From: Octopus bimaculoides
Taxonomy: Eukaryota
DNA length: 33,078 bases
Reading direction: 5' to 3'
NCBI RefSeq assembly: GCF_001194135.2
Contig: NC_068989.1
Span: forward strand, 86,230,986-86,264,063
Shown here: positions 1 to 9,963 of the stretch, one piece after another
Layout: every line of letters begins with the position of its first letter
Position numbering within the stretch: the stretch's first letter is position 1
Translations under genes and position numbers: made by a program
Notes under the pieces: generated by a model
Databases searched by the model: none
What the model was told of the DNA's origin: nothing
What the model saw: the letters and a program-made list of their open reading frames with translations, nothing else

Positions 1-41
1 ATATATATATAGTTCTTTTTCTCCCGTTCGTTGATACCAGC

Positions 42-113
<72 letters not shown>
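42..113. repeat. (CTA)n trinucleotide microsatellite
   Basis: Uninterrupted ctactacta run of about 24 units. Confidence 0.97.
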
Positions 114-114
<1 letters not shown>

Positions 115-175
115 GCACGCACATACACAATCATTCATAAACCCTTAATACATTTAATGTTGTATATGTAAAGAA

Positions 176-479
176 TTAGTGGTTAGGCCATTCGGCTCAC
201 AGTCTTAAGTTCGCGGGTTCAATTCCCGGCGGCGCATTATGTCCTTGATCAAGACACTCTATTCCACATTACTTCATTCAGCTGACAAAAATGAATTGTG
301 CCTGTATTTCTAAGGGCCAGTCCTGTCACATTCTATGTCACGCTGAATCTCCTTGAGAACTACGTTAAAGGTGCGCGTGTCTGTGGAATACTCAGCCACT
401 TTCCTGTTAATCCCACGAGCAGACTGTTCCGTTGATCGGATCAACTGGAACCCTCATCGTCGTAACCGACGGCGTGCCA
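176..479 (+). mobile_element. tRNA-derived SINE, group A (tRNA head + CORE-like middle + shared 3' tail)
   Basis: A-box-like ttagtggttagg, B-box-like gggttcaattcc, middle gtccttgatcaagacact...cagctgacaaaaatgaat; 3' about 180 bp (gtgcctgta...gaactacgttaa...gacggcgtgcca) is homologous to 2790-2953, 13214-13382 and 17293-17472. Confidence 0.85.
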
Positions 480-610
480 TTGCTTTTTGTAAATTAAACA
501 GACAAATATATTTTGAACTGAGATATTTCTTAATGAGTATTTAACAGTTTCTAATTTTCTCTCACTTTCTTGTGCTATATAGTTTAATATTTAATATTCT
601 ATTTAATCTA

Positions 611-779
611 AGGGAGATGAGCTGGCAGAATCGGTACAAAGCCTGGCAAAGTGCTTAGCTGCATTTCGTCCGTCTATACGTTCTGAGTTCAAATTCCGCC
701 AAGGTCGACTTTGCCTTTCGTCGTTTTGGGGTCGATATTCCCCGAAATTGCTGGCATTGTGCCAAAATGTGAAACCATT
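611..779 (+). mobile_element. SINE group C, internally deleted copy
   Basis: gagctggcagaa...ttctgagttcaaattccgccaaggtcgactttgcctttc...gtgccaaaatgtgaaacc matches the copies at 16267-16497 and 31922-32139 (reverse complement). Confidence 0.85.
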
Positions 780-998
780 CTACTTAATATTCATTCTTAT
801 TTTTAATTCATTTTAGCATCTGATCAGCGACGGACTAAGAAATCAAAGAATCAACAGAGACATCAAATTTGCATTTATTTGTACGATATAGATATTCAGA
901 CATAATGTATACGACTTGGCAATAACCAGTATCAAAAGAGAAAAAAATCTGCTGATATTTTACAGAGATAACCTTCGAATAGTTAGCTTCCGTTGAAA

Positions 999-2508
999 AT
1001 GGCATCCATTTTTCAAAATCTTTTCTACTATTCCTTATTGACTGTTTTGTGTTCCGGGAATATAATTCCTTTCGCCCATGAAACTCCTGTACTAGGCAAG
1101 TTTCCTAAACATTCTCAACCAGATGGTCACACTTTTGGTAATCGACCAATTGCACGACGTTTGAGTGGTGAAACCGAGGATGTATCATTTGAGGACAGCG
1201 TCATTCGATCCATGCTCCAGATCGTTGACATCAAATTCGACACACTTAGTACTCGTCTGCTATCGCTGGAACGAGGTATAAACAACATGCAGTTTTATTT
1301 GTCACGTCAGTTTAATCAAGTGACGAAAAATCTGCAGGCTGTCAACATGGTGATGAACAGTTTGCACGGAGAAGTCAGCCATGTTGATATTGAAACTAGA
1401 ACTGTAAAGAACAGTATCCACGCGTTAAGCAAAGAATTTCTAGAGTATCGAAACCGTAACACCGGTATATTTGGCGAACTACCAAGCCATCAAGTTATAA
1501 GCGAAATCGTTGACGACCTTCAGCGGAAATCACCGGAAATAATTCAGGGAAATTTTCTTGATAAAACACACACATCTTTTCCTGATAAAGTAGATTTCGA
1601 AGAAATAGGAGAGGTCCTTGACAATCAAAGCTATCCTCTGAATCTTAACCATCTACAAATATATATAGAAAAGGGGTTTAAAGCATTAGATGACTCTATA
1701 AAAACACATATCAGTAATTCACTAGTGAATATTTCTGCTGAAAACCAAAAGAATTTATCGCCTGCCAATATTTCAACAGAATACCTGAACGGAAACAGTA
1801 TAAAACCCGACGCTTACAAGGAAATTAACAATCGTTTGCGAAAATTGGAAGCTTCGATTAATAAATCTGATAATGATCATAATACGTTGGTTTCACGGGT
1901 AAAATTCGTTAATGATCGCTCAAAGGACACGATCATAACAGCCCCCTCAAGCACAGATTCGCCCCAACATAGCAAACGATCTGAAACTGTAGATTTCAAA
2001 GAGGAGTTTTTATCAATTGACGAAAAATTACAAATTCTCTCTGCGAAACAGGACGAATTTGGTGATTATCTTTTTTCAACTCACAATTCTTTAGAAGTTT
2101 CAAAAAACAACTCCGAAAAAGTTGTAAAACTAGTGGAAGCTTTATCCAGCTCTACAATTTGGATACCTCATATTCTACATGAAATAAGCACATGGGGTAA
2201 AATTTTAAACCAGAGTCTAAGTTCCACTTACATGCTTTATAAAGAAATAGCTGATTCCAGATCAGATTTTATTTCTGGAGAGAAATCTAATGGAACTGCT
2301 AGAAGTGCTCTTTCAAAATTGTTCAATAAAAAATCCACAGAGTCGTTTGCTTACGACAAAAGAAACCTTCAACAAAATCCTGTGAAATGTGAATTCAATG
2401 AAAAAGATTTAAGGAAGATGCAGCAACAGTTATCTCAAATGGAGGAATTACTGGAGGCACATTTGAAACGAAAACCAGGAACCAAGACAACCAAAGCCCT
2501 TTCTAAAG
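999..2508 (+). CDS. First coding exon (503 codons + 1 nt) of a secreted coiled-coil glycoprotein of unrecognised family; downstream exons not identified
   Basis: 1.5-kb open frame in AT-rich DNA. Acceptor tattttacag at 956-965 (exon from 966), strong Kozak aaaATGG at 999 (the track start at 993 is TTG). Hydrophobic signal peptide MASIFQNLFYYSLLTVLCSG, heptad-rich segments (e.g. MLQIVDIKFDTLSTRLLSLERGINNMQFYL; INNRLRKLEASI), several N-x-S/T sequons, and a consensus donor AAAG/GTGAGT at 2508/2509 (phase 1). Confidence 0.9.
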
Positions 2509-2567
2509 GTGAGTAAATTAAATTATTTTATTGCATTTCGGGATATGATTATTCTTATAATAAACAC

Positions 2568-2965
2568 GTGGAGGCGTAATGGCCCAGTGGTTAGGGCAGC
2601 GGACTCGTGGTCATAGGATCGCGGTTTCGATTCCCAGACCGGGCGTTGTGAGTGTTTATTGAGCGAAAACACCTAAAGCTCCACGAGGCTCCGGCAGGGT
2701 AATGGTGGCGAACCCTGCTGTACTCTTCCACCACAACTTTCTCTCACTCTCACTTTCACTTCCTGTTTCTGTTGTGCCTGTAATTCAAAGGGTCAGCCTT
2801 GTCACACTGTGTCATGCTGAATATCCTCGAGAACTACGTTAAGGGTTCACGTGTCTGTGGAGTGCTCAGCCACTTGCACGTTAATTTCACGAGCAGGCTG
2901 TTCCGTTGATCCGATCAACTGGAACCCTCGACGTCGTGAGCGACGGAGTGCCAACAACAACAACA
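2568..2965 (+). mobile_element. Full-length tRNA-derived SINE, group A, with (CAA)n tail and 11-bp target-site duplication
   Basis: A box tggcccagtgg, B-box-like ggtttcgattcc, (caa)n tail; TSD ataataaacac at 2557-2567 and 2966-2976; near-identical to 13011-13385. The TCG anticodon-like loop suggests tRNA-Arg origin (inference). Confidence 0.93.
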
Positions 2966-3477
2966 ATAATAAACACACGAACCAGTTCTATCTTAATTCT
3001 TTATCATTCACCATTTGATCTATTAACTAATCGATTCTTTAATTAATCATTTGGCTAATTAACCAATCAGTTATGGTCGTCAAAATCGTTTCGTTGCTTT
3101 TCGCGAACTTTTCAACTTTTCAATGACATGATCTCTTTATAGCTTCAGGTGTGTCTGCCTCTTAGCTGTTATGGTTCTATATTTATGTTACTGCTCCATA
3201 TTCATTGATTGTTTTTTTCAGGTCGTCTTACATGGTGGACGACTGAGACAAATGGATGATGTTAGTGAAGGTAAAAGCAATGAGGCGGTTGGGTAGAGAG
3301 AGACGGGTACATCGTACATGTATGCTTGTATAAATATACACACGTATGTTAATATATAGACATTACAAGCTCACATATACACTCATTGATTGATATACAA
3401 ATATCATGTCATAGTCAGACATAAGTTGGACGGTCATAAGTTGAAAATAACCACAAAAACGATGCACATGGATACTC

Positions 3478-3594
3478 AGAGAGAGAAAGAATGAAAGAAG
3501 AGCGAAAGAGAGAGAGAGAGAGAGAGAGAGAGACACAGAGAGACAGAGAGACAGAGAGAAGAGCGAAAGAGCGAGAGAGAGAGCGCGAGAGAGA
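3478..3594. repeat. (GA)n-rich compound microsatellite running into a gap
   Basis: gagagaga/gacaga runs adjoining N at 3595. Confidence 0.9.
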
Positions 3595-3934
3595 NNNNNN
3601 NNNNNNNNNNNNNNNNNNNNNNNNNNNNNNNNNNNNNNNNNNNNNNNNNNNNNNNNNNNNNNNNNNNNNNNNNNNNNNNNNNNNNNNNNNNNNNNNNNNN
3701 NNNNNNNNNNNNNNNNNNNNNNNNNNNNNNNNNNNNNNNNNNNNNNNNNNNNNNNNNNNNNNNNNNNNNNNNNNNNNNNNNNNNNNNNNNNNNNNNNNNN
3801 NNNNNNNNNNNNNNNNNNNNNNNNNNNNNNNNNNNNNNNNNNNNNNNNNNNNNNNNATATATATATATATACATACATACTTACATACGTACGTATGTAT
3901 GTATATATACATATAGTATATGGCGTATGTATTA

Positions 3935-4110
3935 TCTCCCTGGATGTGATGCCGGTCTGTCGCAGGATTATTCATTTTTGCCAGCTGAGTGGACTGGAGC
4001 AGCGTGAAACAAGTGCCTTGCTCAAGGACACAACGCATCGCCATGTTCATAATCACAGCGATAACTTGCGATCATCAGTGCAACACCCTAACCACTAAGC
4101 GGTTCCACAC
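3935..4110 (-). mobile_element. tRNA-derived SINE (head + CORE-like middle, different 3' tail)
   Basis: Reverse complement reads cttagtggttagggtgttgcac...tgtgtccttgagcaaggcacttgtttcacgctgctccagtccactcagctggcaaaaatgaat, homologous to the 5' half of 176-479 and to 12500-12778. Confidence 0.8.
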
Positions 4111-4959
4111 GTGCGCGCATACATTCTGTTAGTTCAATGTGTGTTTGATTTGTTATATTTAGTAAAAATTGGTTCCAAAGCGAGTTTGTTAACCACAGCC
4201 ATACCAGAGATCATTGCCATACAGCGATGCTTCCATGTGTATATAATTTAGAAAAATACATAAAACATTCTGCTTATGTCTTTCTTATTCTTTATGATGC
4301 CTCTTCTCACACTTATTTTCCTTTAACTCTCCTACCTTTTCTCTTTTCTTTATTCTTCCACACTGTCTTTTTCTCTCATTGTCTCTCCCCTTCATCGATT
4401 CTCTATATGACCGTTTAACTCTTTTTCCTCAAAGACGTAACGCATAGCATTTTTCTCAGTCTCGATCTGTTCATATTTGTTGAATCTCAGAAATAGAAAA
4501 ACGATTTCGCAATACGACAAAATTTCTCTCCATTATTATCTACATTGAATCATGAAATTAAATTTCTACGTGATTACTTCAACTGCTGGTGTAAATAAAC
4601 AAGGTGTCTGTATATTTTTCTACCAATTGATACTATACAGAATGGTTATTCAATATCGTTTTCCATTACAATATGGAATACTATAGGTTTCCCATTGAGT
4701 TTTTGGGAAGCTTATTGAACCAAGAAACTAAGGAAAAATATCTTAGAAACAAAGAATAAAATACAGTTACACCGATTTTCGCCAAGCTGTATGGAATAGT
4801 TTATTCAATCTAAAGTGTAGTTATGATTTGTAACATCCAGTGAAAAGCATCCGCAAATAAGCACGCGCGCGCGCATAAATTCATGGTATGGTTGAAACCA
4901 GCGATAAACATTATATTATATAACTTGATGACATAGACACAAATGCATGATTATATATA

Positions 4960-5103
4960 AAAAGTTCTCTTTGGAACCACGATATTTCGAGTTCAGTCCC
5001 ACTGAGCAGCACCTTGGGAAAGTATCTTCTTACCATAGTCCCGGTCGGACCAATGCCTTGTGACTGAAATTGGTACACAGAAACTGTGTGGAAGCCCGTC
5101 GTA

Positions 5104-5164
<61 letters not shown>

Positions 5165-5179
5165 GTCTGTCTGTCTGTT

Positions 5180-5229
<50 letters not shown>

Positions 5230-5259
5230 CCTATCTATCTATTTGCGTGTGTATGTGTA

Positions 5260-5294
<35 letters not shown>

Positions 5295-5510
5295 CTTTGT
5301 GTCTGTGTTTTTCACTCCCAGTTGCTTGACGATGGGTGTTGGTTTATTTATGTTTCCGTAACTCAGCGGTTCGCCAAAGGAGAACCGATAGAATAAGTAC
5401 CAGACTTAAAATAAACATAAGTGCTGGGGTCGATTTGATCAACTAAAAACCCTTCAAGGCGGAGCCTCAACATGGCTGCATTCCAATGAGTGAAACAAGT
5501 GAAAGATAAG
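4960..5510 (+). mobile_element. SINE group B (internal-microsatellite SINE), diverged copy
   Basis: gagttcagtcccactg...caccttggg...gaagcccgtcgtat, internal (TATC)n(TGTC)n(TG)n at about 5102-5300, then cagcggttcg...ccgatagaataagtac...ggggtcgatttg...catggc...gaaacaag 3' half. Confidence 0.85.
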
Positions 5511-5552
5511 ATGAGCGATATACTTAGAAATGCAAGCAAAATCTTTTTTTCA

Positions 5553-5958
5553 TTCTTTTATTCTTTTACTTGTTTCAGTCATTTGACAACGGTCATGCTG
5601 CAGCACCGCCTTTAGTCGTGCAAATCGATCCCAGGACTTATTCTTTGTAGCTTAGTACTTATTGTAGCCTAGTACTTATTGTATCGGTTCCCTTTTGCCA
5701 GAACCGCTAAGTTACGAGGACATAAACACACCAGCATCGGTTGTCAAGCGATGCTGGGGAGACAAACACAGACACACAAATACATACATATATATATATA
5801 TATATACATATACGACGGGCTTCTTTCAGTTTCTGTCTACCAAATCCACTCACAAGACTTTGGTCGGCCCGAAGCTATAGTAGAAGACACTTGCCCAAGG
5901 TGCCACGCAGTGGGACTGAACTCGGAACCATGTGGTTGGGAAGCAAGCTTATTAGCAC
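5553..5958 (-). mobile_element. SINE group B, near full length
   Basis: Reverse complement matches 32899-33078 and 30737-31150; internal CA/TA microsatellite; small tandem duplication ttgtagc(t/c)tagtactta near 5645-5680. Confidence 0.92.
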
Positions 5959-6379
5959 ATATGTATATTTATGTACATGGTCAACATTTGAATGGAAAAC
6001 AACGTGGCAAAGTAAAATTTATTCCGTGCTTATTTATTCCCCCATACTGTCTTTTTCTCTTATTTTCTAGTTTCCTTGCACGGTTTCACGATAGAAAACC
6101 GTTTTGACTACTTTCAATCACACATATCCCACCCCAAATACACACTTATCTATGTATATATATAAGCATATATTACATATATATGCATATACATACGCGT
6201 GTATTTAAATGTGTGTGTGTATGCTCGAAACGTTAATAAAACCTCTCTCCTTTCACCGAGCGTCTAATTGATATATTTCTTGTGCACGTCTTCACGTTCG
6301 TTTCTTTTCTTTTTCCCACTATTTTTTGATTGTTTATTTATTTGAATTAACTATACATACATACATACATACATATATA

Positions 6380-6422
<43 letters not shown>

Positions 6423-6888
6423 NNNNNNNNNNNNNNNNNNNNNNNNNNNNNNNNNNNNNNNNNNNNNNNNNNNNNNNNNNNNNNNNNNNNNNNNNNNNNN
6501 NNNNNNNNNNNNNNNNNNNNNNNNNNNNNNNNNNNNNNNNNNNNNNNNNNNNNNNNNNNNNNNNNNNNNNNNNNNNNNNNNNNNNNNNNNNNNNNNNNNN
6601 NNNNNNNNNNNNNNNNNNNNNNNNNNNNNNNNNNNNNNNNNNNNNNNNNNNNNNNNNNNNNNNNNNNNNNNNNNNNNNNNNNNNNNNNNNNNNNNNNNNN
6701 NNNNNNNNNNNNNNNNNNNNNNNNNNNNNNNNNNNNNNNNNNNNNNNNNNNNNNNNNNNNNNNNNNNNNNNNNNNNNNNNNNNNNNNNNNATACATACAT
6801 ACATATATATATATGTACACACACATGTATGCCTACATATACATGCACATATGCATATAGATACATTCATGTGTGTATGTGTGTGTAA

Positions 6889-6936
<48 letters not shown>

Positions 6937-7309
6937 GGCAGATGTTGGAATGGGTATTTTAGAGCGTCCTTCCTAATCAGTTAGATAGCTTTATTTTGAG
7001 TGCAGTTTAGTGCGTTTTTGTGTGTGTAGCAGTGTGGCTGCTATTCCAGATTTGCTCGAAACATTCCAGACATCAAATTATTTAAGGACACAAAACAGAT
7101 AAAATTTAGTCCAACATGGCTGCATCAAAAAACACATGTTAGTATTTCTTATCTCTGATATTTCCCAGTTACCATTCCACCAGAGATATTATCTAAGTTG
7201 TTTGCGCTGTCTTGTGATGTAGGCCAAGGTCAAACCCTGATTTAGCAGGCCTATAATCAAAGCCATTCCAGCCATGACTATACCATATTTTACTAAGCAG
7301 AAGAAACCT

Positions 7310-7570
7310 AGAGGTATGTGGCCTTTTGGGTCAGGGTCAGTGTGTTGCACTCATGGTCGCAAGATTCGGCTCCCGGACTGGCCAGTGTGTTGTGTTCATA
7401 AGCAAAATACTTCATTTCACGTTATGCTGCAATCTCTTCGACATCTGGCGTGTGGTACACAATGCTCCTGCACAGACAATATCGATTTAATGGAGTGAAC
7501 GAGCTAATGTACAGCTTAAACATTGGATCACTATAACAAATGGTCTGAGCAGGTTGTTCATAAAAAAAAT
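7310..7570 (+). mobile_element. Degenerate tRNA-derived SINE
   Basis: gtgttgcactcatggtcgcaagatt...tgtgttgtgttcataagcaaaatacttcatttcacgtt resembles the head and middle of 3935-4110. Confidence 0.55.
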
Positions 7571-7837
7571 CCTGTCGCTAACGGCAGGAGAATCCACTAC
7601 AATCAAACAAACAAACAAACAAACAAACAAGGATGTATGTTTTCCATAGACGGCGAAGTGTGATTTGAAGGATATTTGGCTGCTATTTCTAGTCGGTAAC
7701 GCGATCGTGTCGAGGCTTCTTTGTTGGCGTGACATCTCAGTTGATCAGTATAGCCGCCTTCAGTGAGAGCAAGACAAGGGAACAACAACAGAAACAAGGC
7801 AAAGCAACGTGCTCTATATTTAAACACATGCACCTAT

Positions 7838-7890
7838 GATGCTCCAGCATGGCCGCAGTCAAATGACTGAAACAAATAAAAGAGTAAAAT
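7838..7890 (+). mobile_element. SINE group B isolated 3' end
   Basis: gctccagcatggccgcagtcaaatgactgaaacaaataaaagagtaaaa equals the group B terminus. Confidence 0.8.
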
Positions 7891-7917
7891 AGATATATAT
7901 ATACACATATATATATT

Positions 7918-8326
7918 CTCTTTTTACTCTTTTACCTGTTTCAGTCATTTGACTGTGGCCATGCTGGAGCACCGCCTTTAGTCGAGCAAATCGATCCCAG
8001 GACTTCTTCTTTGGTTGTCTAGTACTTATTCTATCGGTCTCTTTTGCCAAACCGCTAAGTTACGGGGACGTAAACACACCACCGTCGGTTGTCAAGCGAT
8101 GTTGGGGGCACAAACACAGACACACAAACATATACACACACATACATACACATATATATATATACATATATACGACGGGCTTCTTTCAGTTTCCGTCTAC
8201 CAAATCCACTCACAAGGCTTTGGTCAGCCCGAGGCTATAGTAGAAGACACTTGCCGAAGGTGCCACGCAGTGGGACTGAACCCAGAACCATGTGGTTGGT
8301 AAGCAAGCTACTTACCACACAGCCAC
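7918..8326 (-). mobile_element. SINE group B, full length
   Basis: Reverse complement starts gtggctgtgtggtaagtagcttgcttaccaaccacatggttctgggttcagtcccactgcgtggcacc, has an internal microsatellite and ends ...gaaacaggtaaaagagtaaaaa. Confidence 0.93.
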
Positions 8327-8327
8327 A

Positions 8328-8481
8328 TTCTTTTTCTTGTTTCAGTCGTTTGACTATGGTCATGCTGGAACACCGCCTTTTGTCAAACGAATCGACCCCG
8401 AGACTTATCCTTTGTAAGCCTAGTATTTATTCTATCGGTTGTCTTTTGCCGAACCGCTAAGTGACGAGGACGTAAACACAC
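8328..8481 (-). mobile_element. SINE group B, 5'-truncated 3' half
   Basis: ttgtttcagtcgtttgactatggtcatgctggaacaccgcc...gaaccgctaagtgacgaggacgtaaacacac repeats 7935-8080. Confidence 0.88.
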
Positions 8482-8657
8482 TGTGGTCCATTATGCCTTC
8501 CTCTAATTTAAACTTTTAGTATAGCGTTCATAGCCTCTCCCCCTTAATCACTCACTGTAAACCAGCGTTCTTGTTTCTAACGGTCATTTACTTATCTATA
8601 TAATCTTATAACTCGTACGTAATCTTAACATTTCGCATTTGTCTTGCTTTTTGTATG

Positions 8658-8752
8658 TTGGTTCCCTGAAGATGAATTTATGTGCAATTCCAACACCTCT
8701 TACTTCTTTGGAGTAGGGTGCACATATATTTTGAAACATATGTAGGAATTAA
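8658..8752 (+). ncRNA. Type I hammerhead ribozyme motif (Penelope-like/retrozyme style, palindromic helix III)
   Basis: Core CTGAAGA 8666-8672, GAAA 8733-8736, cleavage triplet GTA 8742-8744. Helix I ttggttcc (8658-8665)/ggaattaa (8745-8752), 8 pairs including 2 G-U. Helix II in exact register, including tatgtgca (8679-8686)/tgcacata (8719-8726) and an inner hairpin cttacttc-ttt-ggagtagg. Helix III is AC/GT closing loop ATAT, i.e. palindrome ACATATGT. Confidence 0.8.
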
Positions 8753-9866
8753 AGGAACTTATTGTTTATATGCGTTTTGCTCCATTTATTATTATTCTTC
8801 ATATCTACTCAAAATACATCACTTTAACTTGGTATTTCTACCTATTATCCGGGTATGATATCCCAGTTTTTGTGTGATTTTTGCTACCCATGGTAACTAT
8901 TAACATATTTACATTATCGAAGTTTTTTCAACCGAGATAATATTAANNNNNNNNNNNNNNNNNNNNNNNNNNNNNNNNNNNNNNNNNNNNNNNNNNNNNN
9001 NNNNNNNNNNNNNNNNNNNNNNNNNNNNNNNNNNNNNNNNNNNNTATATATATAAATATATATATTTATATATAAACATGCAAGCATGTATTTACATATA
9101 CATAGGTATGACACATGTATGTATGTATCATGCGCTGCTATAAGCCTGACTTTAAAATGTTTATACACATGCACCACGTATGCACCCACGCGCACACATA
9201 TACAAACACATGTATACAAATACATATAAATACAAACACACACAAACACACACACACATACACATCTACAAGCCCGTACACCCACCATACTGAACCATCT
9301 GGTGCAGCAGCTACTAAGTAGAAGACATGACTCAGAAAAGTAAGCATGAATAACAATTAGCCAATAACTATGATAGCATTGAAGCCAAAGAAGAAGAACA
9401 ACAGCTAGATCAACAAGATCGATAACATGAACAACAAGAACAAGAACAAGAACAAGAACAACACTGTAGCAGATATAAAACATGGGCTAGAAAAGTAACG
9501 ATAAAGAATGATACCTGCACCGCCACTCCAACAGTCGCATAAGCCCACCATCAAAAACAATATCGACAATAATAATTACAACACAACACAAACAAGGAAA
9601 TTGGTGGAATCCTTTTCAAAACAACGATAAAAGATATTTTACAAATACAATTAATTACCGCTTGGCCAGGATATTTCAACACCGTGTATGAATGCTGTGT
9701 ATGAATGCAACTTTCAGTCATCACCTAGTTTTGTTTTTACTGCATGATGTTAGCAAACATCTTCCGGGCATATTTATCATAGTAATTGACCAAAGTATGT
9801 GTACGTTTATAATTTGTGCTCATTTACCTAAGCGTGTGGGTGTGTCTGTGCGTTAGTATGTGGTCT

Positions 9867-9879
<13 letters not shown>

Positions 9880-9912
<33 letters not shown>

Positions 9913-9922
9913 NNNNNNNNNN

Positions 9923-9963
<41 letters not shown>

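Noticed and set aside
993-998. Track start codon at 993
   Set aside because: It is TTG; the eukaryotic start is the Kozak-context ATG at 999, and the frame's stop at 2514-2516 lies inside the intron.
2568-2645. tRNA gene (also 13011-13090 and other SINE heads)
   Set aside because: Has A/B boxes but no intact cloverleaf or acceptor stem, and it continues into a SINE body with tail and TSD.
9370-9530. Glu/Gln-rich reading frame (EAKEEEQQLDQQ...)
   Set aside because: Interrupted by stops, built on (GAACAA)n, and lacking credible splice sites.
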